DNA from: Pseudomonadota bacterium
GTDB lineage: Bacteria; Pseudomonadota; Gammaproteobacteria; Burkholderiales; Burkholderiaceae_C
Reading direction: 5' to 3'
DNA length: 64,000 bases
Assembly (NCBI GenBank): GCA_040385325.1
Contig: JAZKHN010000089.1
Span: forward strand, 2,169-66,168
Part shown: in pieces, positions 26,023-34,633 of the stretch
Layout: each line of letters starts with the position of its first letter
Position numbering within the stretch: position 1 is the stretch's first letter
Program-made: the position numbers and the translations under genes
The notes under the pieces: generated by a model
Told to the model about the DNA's origin: nothing
The model's input: only the letters and a program-made list of their open reading frames with translations
Database searches by the model: none

Positions 26023-27470
26023 ATGCCGTTACAGAGTTCGAGCCACCTGTGGAGCGCCAGATCGCCCAGTTGCGTGTGCCCCCGCATTCCCTTGAAGCGG
26101 AATCCAGCGTGTTGGGTGGCCTGCTGCTGGATGTGCACGCATGGGACCGTGTGGGCGACCTCCTCACGGACACCGACTTCTATCGCGCAGAGCACAGGCT
26201 GATTTTTTCGGCTATCGGTGCGCTTGCCAACGCCACCAAGCCGGTAGACGTGATTTCCGTTTTCGACCACCTGCAGAACGCGGGCAAGGCAGATGAGGCC
26301 GGTGGACTGGCCAATCTGAACACGCTGGCCCAGTACGTGCCCAGTGCCAGCAACATCCGCCGCTATGCCGAAATCGTTCGAGAGCGCGCCATCCTGCGCA
26401 AGCTGGTGACCGTCAGCGACGAGATTGCGACCAACGCCTTCAGCCCGCAGGGCCGGTCAGTCGCTGAAATCCTGGACGAGAGCGAACAGTCCCTGCTGGC
26501 AATCGGTGATGCTGGCTCAAAGCTGAAGCTGGGCTTCCAACCGATGGACACGCTGATCGTGCAGGTCTTGGACCGAGTCACGGAGCGAGCAGAAAACCCG
26601 AACGATGTGCCTGGCATCGAAACCGGCTTTTATGACCTCGACCGCATGACAGCGGGCCTGCACCCCGGGGACCTGGTGGTGGTTGCGGCAAGGCCCTCAA
26701 TGGGTAAGACGGCACTTGCCATCAACATCGCCGAGCATGTGGCTATCCATGCCGGGCTGCCTGTCGGCGTGTTCTCGCTGGAAATGGGCGCAGGTCAACT
26801 AGCTGAGCGGATTGCGGGCTCTATCGGGCGGATCAACCAGACCAACCTGCGTACCGGTAAGTTGACCGATGAAGAGTGGCCCCGCCTTACACAGGCTGTC
26901 GAGAAGCTCCGCACCATCTCTTTTCACATCGACGAGGCTGGCGGACTCACCATCGGTGAACTGCGCGCTAATGCACGCCGACTGAAGCGTGAGTGCGGTG
27001 GCAAGTTGGGACTGATCGTTGTGGATTACCTCCAACTGATGACGATTTCAGCCGGCATGAAGGATGAGAACCGCGCGACGGCAGTTGGCGAAATTTCCCG
27101 AGGCCTGAAGCTACTGGCCAAAGAACTGCAGTGCCCGGTAATCGCGCTGTCCCAGCTGAGCCGTGCAGTGGAGTCCCGCACCGACAAGCGGCCAATGATG
27201 AGCGACCTGCGCGAGTCCGGCGCCATCGAGCAGGACGCTGACGTAATCATGTTCATCTACCGCGACGAGTACTACACGAAAGATCAGTGCCGCGAGCCTG
27301 GTGTCGCCGAAATCATCATCAGCAAGCAGCGAAGCGGTCCAACGGGCACAGTGAAGCTCGCCTTCATAAACCAGTTGACGCGGTTTGAAAGCTTGGCCCA
27401 AGGCCACATGCGTGATGACCTGCCGCTCCGCCCGCCCGCACCGATTCTCCAATACACGGACGAGGTATGA
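26019..27470 (+). CDS. dnaB: Replicative DNA helicase DnaB-like
   Basis: PPHSLEAESSVLGG, AARPSMGKT, FSLEM, VVDYLQL, LSQLSR, SDLRESGAIEQDAD. Confidence 0.97.
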   Translation: MNAVTEFEPPVERQIAQLRVPPHSLEAESSVLGGLLLDVHAWDRVGDLLTDTDFYRAEHRLIFSAIGALANATKPVDVISVFDHLQNAGKADEAGGLANLNTLAQYVPSASNIRRYAEIVRERAILRKLVTVSDEIATNAFSPQGRSVAEILDESEQSLLAIGDAGSKLKLGFQPMDTLIVQVLDRVTERAENPNDVPGIETGFYDLDRMTAGLHPGDLVVVAARPSMGKTALAINIAEHVAIHAGLPVGVFSLEMGAGQLAERIAGSIGRINQTNLRTGKLTDEEWPRLTQAVEKLRTISFHIDEAGGLTIGELRANARRLKRECGGKLGLIVVDYLQLMTISAGMKDENRATAVGEISRGLKLLAKELQCPVIALSQLSRAVESRTDKRPMMSDLRESGAIEQDADVIMFIYRDEYYTKDQCREPGVAEIIISKQRSGPTGTVKLAFINQLTRFESLAQGHMRDDLPLRPPAPILQYTDEV

Positions 27471-27668
27471 GTGACGATCGACTTCCAACTCCACCGCAAG
27501 GTGATGCTTGCGCATTACCTCCGACTGGTCAAGGTGCCGGGCTGGAGGGATTACGTGTGGAACCGCATCAGCGACCTGGCGAAGGCAGATCCGGGCTTGT
27601 ACGGGGACATGCTGCTTCAGGTTTTCCCCGAGACGAAGACCGCCCCAACACAGAGGAGAGGCCGGTGA
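27471..27668 (+). CDS. Small hypothetical protein
   Basis: 65 aa after dnaB; frame choice uncertain versus 27467..27781. Confidence 0.45.
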   Translation: MTIDFQLHRKVMLAHYLRLVKVPGWRDYVWNRISDLAKADPGLYGDMLLQVFPETKTAPTQRRGR

Positions 27669-27777
27669 CCATTTACGACGAGTTGCACACCGTGGTGAAG
27701 GTCAAGGTCGGCCATATGCCGCTGCCGTATGTTTTTCGTGCAAAACAGGAAGTCATCGACTTCTACAGGGGGCGCCC

Positions 27778-28293
27778 ATGATAGTCGTCGGAATTGACCC
27801 GGGTCTGACCGGTGCCTGCGCCGTCGTGAGCCATCGCGGCCTGCTCAGCGTCTTCGACATCCCCAAGATGAAGATACCTGGTGTCGGCCCCACCGCGCTT
27901 GTGCAGAACAAGATCGACGGCCGCAACCTTTGCAGGCTGCTTTTGGCCAAGTGTCCTACAGACGAGTCGATTCAAGTATGCATTGAGGCTGTCGGCGTCA
28001 TGGGTGGTGCAAATAACGCCGTGCAGACCCAGGGATCCTTGATGCGGTCGCTGGGTGCACTGGAGACGGTGATCGAGTGCCTGAACTGGGAACTTGAATA
28101 CGTCAACTCACAGAAGTGGAAGCGCTTCTATGGGCTGATCGACAGCAACCTGAACGACCGCCAGCGCAAGGCCAAGGCCATGGAGTCTGCCCGCCGCTTG
28201 TACCCAGGCTCGGAGTTCCTGAACAGGGCCAAAGATCACAACAGGGGAGAGGCCATATTGATCGCGCATTGGCGTCTGAGGGTGGCGGCGTGA
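27778..28293 (+). CDS. RuvC-like Holliday junction resolvase
   Basis: MIVVGIDPGLTGA...CIEAV...QKWK...DHNRGEAILIA. Confidence 0.85.
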   Translation: MIVVGIDPGLTGACAVVSHRGLLSVFDIPKMKIPGVGPTALVQNKIDGRNLCRLLLAKCPTDESIQVCIEAVGVMGGANNAVQTQGSLMRSLGALETVIECLNWELEYVNSQKWKRFYGLIDSNLNDRQRKAKAMESARRLYPGSEFLNRAKDHNRGEAILIAHWRLRVAA

Positions 28294-29069
28294 CAGATCT
28301 GCCCACCATCGCTCAACTGATCAAGCGCCGCGCCATGTTCGTGGTGAACCACAGCGGCGGCAAAGATAGCCAGGCTATGTATCTGTTCCTGCGCACATTT
28401 GTGCCGCGCGACCTGCTAGTCTTGTTGCATGCTGACCTCGGTGCGGTGGAGTGGGCAGGTGCCATAGAGCACATCAAGGCCACGACCAGCGGGGAGCCAC
28501 TGCACGTGTGCCGGGCACGCCGCGACCTGCTGCAGATGATCGAGGAGCGCGGCAAGTTTCCGAGCCCCAGCCAGCGCCAGTGCACCAGCGACCTGAAGCG
28601 CGGCCCCATCGAGCGCACCATCCGCCAGCGATGCAAAGCAACTGGCCAGACGCTGATCGTCAACTGCATGGGCATGCGTGCTGAAGAGTCGCCCGGTCGT
28701 TCAAAGCTGAAACCTTTCAAGCTCCACACTGGCAACAGTAAAGCCGGCCGCGAGTGGTATGACTGGCTCCCTATCCACGATTGGACAGAAGGCGAAGTCT
28801 TCTCAGCCATCCGCAACGCTGGCCAGCAGCCGCACGTCGTCTACAGCTTCGGCATGCGCCGCTTCTCTTGCGTCTTCTGCATCATGGCCAGTCAGGCCGA
28901 CTTGAAGACCGCGGCGAGGATCGCAACCGAGCGCCCCGAGCTGCTGAACGACCCAGAGCTCTATCGCAAATATGTCGCGTTGGAGCGCAGCACCGGACAG
29001 GTGATGCTGATGCCGACGAAAAAACACGGCCGCCAGACGCTTGAAGATGTGACTGGAGTGAAGGCGTGA
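28290..29069 (+). CDS. PAPS reductase family (PP-loop) protein
   Basis: NHSGGKDS, QCTSDLKRGP, GMRAEESPGR, WLPIHDW, RFSCVFC. Confidence 0.9.
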   Translation: MTDLPTIAQLIKRRAMFVVNHSGGKDSQAMYLFLRTFVPRDLLVLLHADLGAVEWAGAIEHIKATTSGEPLHVCRARRDLLQMIEERGKFPSPSQRQCTSDLKRGPIERTIRQRCKATGQTLIVNCMGMRAEESPGRSKLKPFKLHTGNSKAGREWYDWLPIHDWTEGEVFSAIRNAGQQPHVVYSFGMRRFSCVFCIMASQADLKTAARIATERPELLNDPELYRKYVALERSTGQVMLMPTKKHGRQTLEDVTGVKA

Positions 29070-29659
29070 GCTGGACCGAAATGAACATCGCCGGCGCGCT
29101 CGCCCGCCAGTTCTTCAACCGCCAGCACCTGGTGGTTGTGCCGAACTGCATCTGGACAGGGCACGAGTCGGACCTACTGGTGGTGTGCAACGACCTCCGC
29201 CTGATCGACGTCGAGATAAAGATCAGCCGCGCCGACTTCAAGGCTGACGCGAAGAAGGATAAGTGGTGGTCGCGCAAGTTCATGGGGTACGGTGAACCGC
29301 AAGAGGTTTTCCATCATGGTCACCTGATCGGCAAGAACCGACCATCTGTTTACGAGACCACGCAGCGCAGCTGGCCGCCCAAGGTCTGGAAGCATTACTA
29401 CTGCATGCCCAAGGAGATCTACAGCGAGGACCTGCTGGAATTCATCGGCAGCAAATCATCCGGCGTTCTTCTGCTTTCCGAACAGGAACGCGGCGCGCCC
29501 ATCGTGATCACCTGCGCGAAGCGGTGCATCCCCAACAGGGACGCTGCCAAGATCACGGCCGCCCAGGCCATCGACATTGCAAGGCTGGCCAGCCTGCGCA
29601 TGTGGACCGCCTTCGACACGGTGGCCGCAATGCAAAAGAAAGCTCGGGCCGCTGCATGA
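29066..29659 (+). CDS. PD-(D/E)XK-like nuclease (MmcB-like)
   Basis: HESDLLVV...DVEIKISRADFKADAKK...HYYCMP. Confidence 0.7.
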   Translation: MSWTEMNIAGALARQFFNRQHLVVVPNCIWTGHESDLLVVCNDLRLIDVEIKISRADFKADAKKDKWWSRKFMGYGEPQEVFHHGHLIGKNRPSVYETTQRSWPPKVWKHYYCMPKEIYSEDLLEFIGSKSSGVLLLSEQERGAPIVITCAKRCIPNRDAAKITAAQAIDIARLASLRMWTAFDTVAAMQKKARAAA

Positions 29660-30009
29660 GCCATCAGCTTTATCTCGGCTTTGAGGCATACCACCAGCCC
29701 AACGATGCAGGTGTGTTTGCTGACTGCGAAGTCATCGAGATGCCACCATTGAAAAACCGCTGCACGGCTGAGGTCTGCATTGCCTTCACACCGGCCGGGT
29801 ATTGCTGGGGCAGCGCGGCGATGCTTGAGATAGAAGGCTATGGCGGCATGCCGAATCAGTGCGACATCCCGGCCGGGCGCGTGGTGGCCACTCGCGAGGC
29901 TGCAATCGCCAAGGCCTGCGAGGACGTCTTGTCTCACGTGGAAAAGAAAGAGACGCCTGCAGCTCGTGCGATCACAGCCTGGGCCAAACAGCTGCGAGGT
30001 GCCGCATGA
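29656..30009 (+). CDS. Hypothetical protein
   Basis: ATGA-coupled ORF in the nin-like region. Confidence 0.65.
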   Translation: MSHQLYLGFEAYHQPNDAGVFADCEVIEMPPLKNRCTAEVCIAFTPAGYCWGSAAMLEIEGYGGMPNQCDIPAGRVVATREAAIAKACEDVLSHVEKKETPAARAITAWAKQLRGAA

Positions 30010-30173
30010 CGCTGATCTGCAGGCCGAAGGGCAGGGGCAACTGGCGCACTGTGGTCTTCACCATCGACGCATCGGTCGACCTGTTCCCTGCGCTGCGTGA
30101 CGAACCTGTCGTGGTGGGCATGCTGATTCACTTCGCAGGCCTTGCCTTGCGGGTGGTGGAGTTGAGGCCATGA
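30006..30173 (+). CDS. Small hypothetical protein
   Basis: MTLICRPKGRGNW...; coupled at both ends. Confidence 0.6.
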   Translation: MTLICRPKGRGNWRTVVFTIDASVDLFPALRDEPVVVGMLIHFAGLALRVVELRP

Positions 30174-30553
30174 ACCGCGAGCGTGTAGACGCCCTGATAG
30201 AGCGGGTGATGGAGCAATACCCTGTCAACGTGCACACAAGGGCTGCTGGCCATCTCCGGTACTACGAGGCCGTGCACCAGGAGCTAGCCCCCTTGGCCCG
30301 TGCACTCGAGGCCGAGGTGGACCGCTTGACCGCGGCGCTGGCCACCGCAACCAATGAGCTAGGCGAAGCTGAGAAGAAGGTCAGGGCAATGCACATCTGG
30401 AGCTGCGGCAAGTGCGGCAACGTGTACAGGGAAGGCCACAAGGACGTGACGGTCTTCGCTGAAAACGGCCATGTTTACTGCCGTGTCTGTGTGAAGCCCG
30501 CCCGCACCTGGGCCTGCGCGCCAATGACAGAGCAAAAGGAGCCCGCGACATGA
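30170..30553 (+). CDS. Hypothetical protein with coiled coil and CxxC/CxxC
   Basis: CGKC...CRVC; coupled. Confidence 0.65.
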   Translation: MNRERVDALIERVMEQYPVNVHTRAAGHLRYYEAVHQELAPLARALEAEVDRLTAALATATNELGEAEKKVRAMHIWSCGKCGNVYREGHKDVTVFAENGHVYCRVCVKPARTWACAPMTEQKEPAT

Positions 30554-30780
30554 GCCGCACCCGCCCGGACGACCTCTGCAAACTGACCGTAGCCTTTGGT
30601 GATGTGCCAGAGCCCGGCGACGAGCTGCGCTTTGAGTCCGGCCGGCGCTACTTTGTCCTGCGCATCGGTGGCAAGAAAACACTGCATTGCAGGGTGATGC
30701 ATCCAGACGAGCCGAACGGCTGCAGGGTCATCCCGTGGATGTGGCTCAAGCGCAAGAAGAAGGCGAGGGTGCTCAAGTGA
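30550..30780 (+). CDS. Small hypothetical protein
   Basis: 76 aa, coupled. Confidence 0.55.
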   Translation: MSRTRPDDLCKLTVAFGDVPEPGDELRFESGRRYFVLRIGGKKTLHCRVMHPDEPNGCRVIPWMWLKRKKKARVLK

Positions 30781-31202
30781 CCTCACGCTTCTACGAAGTC
30801 GACACGCCGCGCCAAGCCCACATCGCAGCGGTCAATCTGTACCAGCACCACGCCAAGCCGTGCACCCTCAAGGGCGGACGTGGCCGGCTGACCTGGGAGG
30901 AAGAAGACCCAGAGAGCAGGGCGGCCATGCGCGGCAAGTTCAACGGGCCCATCCTGAAGGACTTCGCATTCCAGGTGTGGCTGCTGGATGCTCAGACGGA
31001 CCAGCGGGTCAGGTACGCGCCAGCCGTGTGGAAAAAACACCTCAAGGATCTGTTCTGTCCGCTCACGCAAGGGCCCAACGGTGAATGGTCCAAGTCGACC
31101 GAGCGTCTGAGCGACGAGCAGTTTTCTACCTTCATCACAGAGTGCGAGGCCTACGGCTCGTGTGAATGGGGCGTGACCTTTACCGAAAGGCCGCTGAAAT
31201 GA
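30777..31202 (+). CDS. NinB-like recombination accessory protein
   Basis: WKKHLKDLF...KSTERLSDEQFSTFITECEAYG..WGVTF. Confidence 0.7.
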   Translation: MTSRFYEVDTPRQAHIAAVNLYQHHAKPCTLKGGRGRLTWEEEDPESRAAMRGKFNGPILKDFAFQVWLLDAQTDQRVRYAPAVWKKHLKDLFCPLTQGPNGEWSKSTERLSDEQFSTFITECEAYGSCEWGVTFTERPLK

Positions 31203-31498
31203 ACTGGACCGACGCTGTTGCAGCCATGCGCGTGGGGCATTGTGTCCGCCGCCTGTCTGAAATGAAGACGACGGTGCTGGATCCGGGCAACCCAGAAATG
31301 CAGGGCGAGGATTGGCGCGATGGCGGCGAGCATGCGGCCATTCTGGAATCTGGGCAGGAAGGCTGCAAGTTGATGCACGCCTGGACAGCCGACGAGAAGC
31401 CTGCGCTGGTGTTCATGGGCAGCAGCTCGAAATGTTTGTTTGTTCCTGATGACGAGCATCGCGCTGCCGTCGATTGGGTGATTGAGGAAAGACCATGA
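31199..31498 (+). CDS. Hypothetical protein
   Basis: MNWTDAVAAMRVGHCVRR...AVDW; coupled. Confidence 0.65.
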   Translation: MNWTDAVAAMRVGHCVRRLSEMKTTVLDPGNPEMQGEDWRDGGEHAAILESGQEGCKLMHAWTADEKPALVFMGSSSKCLFVPDDEHRAAVDWVIEERP

Positions 31499-32025
31499 TG
31501 CTCCGCAGCCGCCCCAAGCAGTACACCAAGCCAGAGCGGCCACCGCTGCCATGGCCTGGCCGACAGGACTTCGCGCCTGCGAGTCGGTGCGACAGCATGG
31601 GGACGGCCGTGGTCAAAGACCTGACACCGCGCAACCCGGCGCTGCTGGCGCTGGCCAAGGGCAGGCCCTGCATGTTCCGCATCCCCGGCATCTGCAACCA
31701 CAACCCAGCGACCTGCGTGGCCTGTCATGAAAACGAGGGTAAGGGCATGGCCATTAAGGCATCCGATGCCCGGAGCGCTGTCGGCTGCTCTGCCTGCCAT
31801 GAAGCCTATGACCGCGGCCCGGCGCTGCGCAAGGTCAAGCGCGGCTGGTTTGCTGTCGCACATGCGCGGCAAATGCTGGACTGGGCGCGGATTGTCGGGG
31901 ACTTCAGCGAGAGCCCAAAAAACAGGAAAGCTGCGCATTGGGCACTTTGCCTGCTGGAGCAAAAAGAGCCTCCAGACCAATCGATATGTACGTCAGAAGC
32001 TATCAATTCAGGAGTGAATCCATGA
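31495..32025 (+). CDS. DUF1364-like (HNH-fold) nuclease
   Basis: AKGRPCMFRIPGICNHNPAT.VACH...GMAIKASD...GCSACH..YD. Confidence 0.8.
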   Translation: MMLRSRPKQYTKPERPPLPWPGRQDFAPASRCDSMGTAVVKDLTPRNPALLALAKGRPCMFRIPGICNHNPATCVACHENEGKGMAIKASDARSAVGCSACHEAYDRGPALRKVKRGWFAVAHARQMLDWARIVGDFSESPKNRKAAHWALCLLEQKEPPDQSICTSEAINSGVNP

Positions 32026-32165
32026 ACGTCACGGCAGCCATCGGCTCAGGAGCTTTCTATTTATTTGGCAAGTTGACACTGCCGCCTGGTATCCCGTTCT
32101 TCGCATTCCTTGCAGTCGCAGGTGTTCTGTGGTGCGTCGCGTGTATAGCGAAAGGCTGGAAATGA
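32022..32165 (+). CDS. Small membrane protein
   Basis: 47 aa hydrophobic; AGGAG RBS; coupled. Confidence 0.5.
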   Translation: MNVTAAIGSGAFYLFGKLTLPPGIPFFAFLAVAGVLWCVACIAKGWK

Positions 32166-32482
32166 TCGACCTCGACCAGATGTGCGCCGACGCCATGGCA
32201 CGTGTTCAGGCCACCATAGAAGAGCGCGCATGCATTGACCGCATGCAGATGAACGTCTCCTACCGGGTTCTGATGGTGAGCAAGGCAGTTGGCTGGGCGG
32301 CCAGAGATATGGTGCGTGTCGTGGTTTCCACTGACGCATTTACTGTTGCACTGCGCCAGCTTTCAGAGGCACCCGGCGGACTGTTTGCATGCGGTGGTCC
32401 AGTCAAACCGGGCCGTTATCTCGTTGGCGAAGCTGGCCCCAATCTCACGTATCCCCAAACCTTCAACCGGAGCAACAAATGA
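32162..32482 (+). CDS. Hypothetical protein
   Basis: Coupled ORF; C-terminus ACGGPVKPGRYLVGEAGP resembles a tape-measure C-terminal motif. Confidence 0.55.
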   Translation: MIDLDQMCADAMARVQATIEERACIDRMQMNVSYRVLMVSKAVGWAARDMVRVVVSTDAFTVALRQLSEAPGGLFACGGPVKPGRYLVGEAGPNLTYPQTFNRSNK

Positions 32483-33234
32483 CCGATGACCTGCCGCCAC
32501 CCGAACTCTATGTCCCCAAGCCCGGCAGCATTGCCTGGAAGGTACTGGACCACCTTGTCAAATTCCCAAATGACGAGCTGACGGCTGGTGACATCGCCGT
32601 GAAGTTCGGTTGCGTGGGCGGAGGGGTTTACACGCTGATGCAACTGCCCGTCTCCCGTGGCGCACTGACAAAGCTGCGCACACCGGGCGAAGCCACCTGG
32701 GTTCTGGGCAACCTGAAGGCCTTTCGGCTTGACCCTTCAGTCGAGCAGGTCCAGCAGAGCACCGTCCCGGCTTCGAGCAACATTGCGCAGGTCCTACCTC
32801 TGGCACCGACAACGCAAACCGTACTGACCACTGCAGGACCTGAAACGGTCGCAGCAGCCCCCAAGCCCGCGCCATCTGGTCACCAAGCCGTCAAGGTCGT
32901 GCAGCCGCTCGTTCTGGGCAGTTCTGAGACCGTGACCGGCAATCAGGAAAAGCTGAAGGGGGAACTGCCGACAAAGAAGGTTCGCGCCGGTGTAGCCGAA
33001 GGACCGTGGGCCCTGATCGACACTGCCAATCCGCCAGCCGTAGAGCCTGAGCGCCCACGACCTGCGAGCGTTGCGATGCCCTTGGGCCTCACCCCCGAAA
33101 TGATCGAGGCAGTCCAGAAAGACCCGCGCACCAGCTTTGCTGAAAAGGCTGATGGCCACCACGCGATCGGATGGCTGCATGATGCCTACCGGGTGATCGT
33201 GGAAACGCAGCGAAATCAGCCTGCAGGCCAATAA
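32479..33234 (+). CDS. Hypothetical protein with N-terminal winged-helix-like region
   Basis: YVPKPGSIAWKVLDHL...ELTAGDIAVKFG. Confidence 0.6.
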   Translation: MTDDLPPPELYVPKPGSIAWKVLDHLVKFPNDELTAGDIAVKFGCVGGGVYTLMQLPVSRGALTKLRTPGEATWVLGNLKAFRLDPSVEQVQQSTVPASSNIAQVLPLAPTTQTVLTTAGPETVAAAPKPAPSGHQAVKVVQPLVLGSSETVTGNQEKLKGELPTKKVRAGVAEGPWALIDTANPPAVEPERPRPASVAMPLGLTPEMIEAVQKDPRTSFAEKADGHHAIGWLHDAYRVIVETQRNQPAGQ

Positions 33235-33280
33235 ATACGAGACTGAGCAGCTACGTAATTAATAGCAAACTGGAGCTACC

Positions 33281-33982
33281 ATGGCAGCAGAAAACGACGA
33301 CAAACCGACCACTGAAGAGATTTATACCAAGGCCACGGGCGCCAGCAACTTGCGGTTTGACGAGCAGGAGGACAGCCCCATGGGTGCCTCGGGATTGCTG
33401 ATCGCCGCCGCCTGGAGCCCGAGCCGCGTCGGTGCCTCTCTGATGCGACTGCACAGCGAGTGGGATGGAGCGTCAAAGCCACTGAAGCCGACAGACCGCG
33501 ATGTCGACGCCATGGCCTCTGCGCTTAAGGTCGAAGTGCAGGATGGTCTGAAAGAGGATGAGCTGAGGAAGGCCGTCAAGGATGACGCCCGACGCCGTAC
33601 GATTGCTGCGCGCGTTGAGGCCCATCGCTGGTATGAGCAGGAGCTGCGCACATTGGTCGGAAAGCTCAAGAGCCTGCCGGAATGCCGCAACCAGGTGGCA
33701 CTCCAGGCCATGAAGTGGAAATACGAGGATCCGGTACCGATGGCCGGTGCAGTCATCAAGCACTGGCTGGACCAGACCTGCCACGCCTGCGACGGTCTGA
33801 AGTTCAAGCAGATACCCGGCACGCCCAGCCTGTCGACAAAGATGTGCCTGGCCTGCGACGGGTCTGGAACAGCCGAGTTTCCCTATGGTCAGCAAGGCCG
33901 CAGACTGGCCAACTTCATGGACGATTCCGTGCAGCGGGCGCGGCGCTCGATTCAAAGCCGCTTGCGCGCCATGCAAACATAG
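33281..33982 (+). CDS. Q-like late antitermination protein with zinc finger
   Basis: CHACDG...CLACDGSG; last early gene before a promoter and the ncRNA/late region. Confidence 0.7.
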   Translation: MAAENDDKPTTEEIYTKATGASNLRFDEQEDSPMGASGLLIAAAWSPSRVGASLMRLHSEWDGASKPLKPTDRDVDAMASALKVEVQDGLKEDELRKAVKDDARRRTIAARVEAHRWYEQELRTLVGKLKSLPECRNQVALQAMKWKYEDPVPMAGAVIKHWLDQTCHACDGLKFKQIPGTPSLSTKMCLACDGSGTAEFPYGQQGRRLANFMDDSVQRARRSIQSRLRAMQT

Positions 33983-33991
33983 GTATAGAAT
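33962..33991 (+). promoter_or_regulatory. Putative late (pR'-like) promoter
   Basis: TTGCGC-N18-TAGAAT at the end of the Q-like gene. Confidence 0.45.
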
Positions 33992-34195
33992 TCGGCCCAC
34001 GAACCGCACAGCCTGCTCAGGCTGTCGCCTCGGGACTCTCCGCCAAATGCCCGCCACGCTCCGGCTGTGTCGGTAGACATCGATGGCGGAGCTACCTCCC
34101 AACACTTTCCCAAATCGAATGCTGATAGGCCGGTGACTCCGGTGGGTGCGGCTGCCGCAGTCAGCATTCGTTTTGGTGAGAGCGTAGAAATACGC

Positions 34196-34269
34196 GGCGT
34201 GGATTCCATGGCCGGGTGAGGCTGCAAACCTCATGGTTACCCGGATTGGGTTCGACTCCCAGCGCGCTT
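34196..34269 (+). pseudogene. Degenerate tRNA-Cys(GCA)-like element
   Basis: GGCGTG/CGCGCT acceptor-like stem, TGAGG-CTGCAAA-CCTCA anticodon arm, TTGGG-TTCGACT-CCCAG T arm; weak D arm; no CCA. Confidence 0.6.
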
Positions 34270-34292
34270 TGCAACTCACCAAATTCATTTGG

Positions 34293-34315
34293 GCCACCCT
34301 CTGCGGTGGCTTTTT
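34293..34315 (+). terminator. Intrinsic terminator (tR'-like)
   Basis: GCCACC-CTCTGC-GGTGGC-TTTTT. Confidence 0.65.
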
Positions 34316-34322
34316 CGTTTCC

Positions 34323-34422
34323 GCAGCCGTAGCTCAGTGGATAGAGCGCTTGTCGCCTGCTTTTGCGGGCAGCCTTCGATGGCAAAGGTAAGAGGCCGCT
34401 GGTTCAAGTCCAGCTAGCTGCA
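34323..34422 (+). ncRNA. tRNA-like RNA with a 34-nt branched insert in place of the anticodon loop
   Basis: GCAGCCG TA GCTC-AGTGGATA-GAGC G CTTGT-[34 nt]-GTAAG AGGCC GCTGG-TTCAAGT-CCAGC TAGCTGC A. Confidence 0.7.
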
Positions 34423-34557
34423 CCCCGTTTCGGAGAAAGCGCCGGCCGGATGATGTTCACGCGCTAAAAGCGCAGGTTGAGGTCTCAGCCATTGAACCCA
34501 GCTCCGGCCGCCGTGCCAGTGGCGACTTCGCGGAACCTGCCGGCCTCCGAATTCAAT

Positions 34558-34633
34558 GTGTCTGTAGCTCAACTGGCAGAGCACCGGTCTCCAAAACCGA
34601 AGGTTGAACGTTCGATTCGTTCCAGGCCCGCCA
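34558..34633 (+). tRNA. tRNA-Trp(CCA)
   Basis: 76-nt cloverleaf: GTGTCTG TA GCTC-AACTGGCA-GAGC A CCGGT-CTCCAAA-ACCGA AGGTT GAACG-TTCGATT-CGTTC CAGGCCC G CCA; mismatches at 2:71 and 27:43. Confidence 0.88.

Noticed and set aside
34558-34633. Suppressor tRNA or alternative genetic code
   Set aside because: The anticodon is standard CCA, and major genes are uninterrupted under the standard code.
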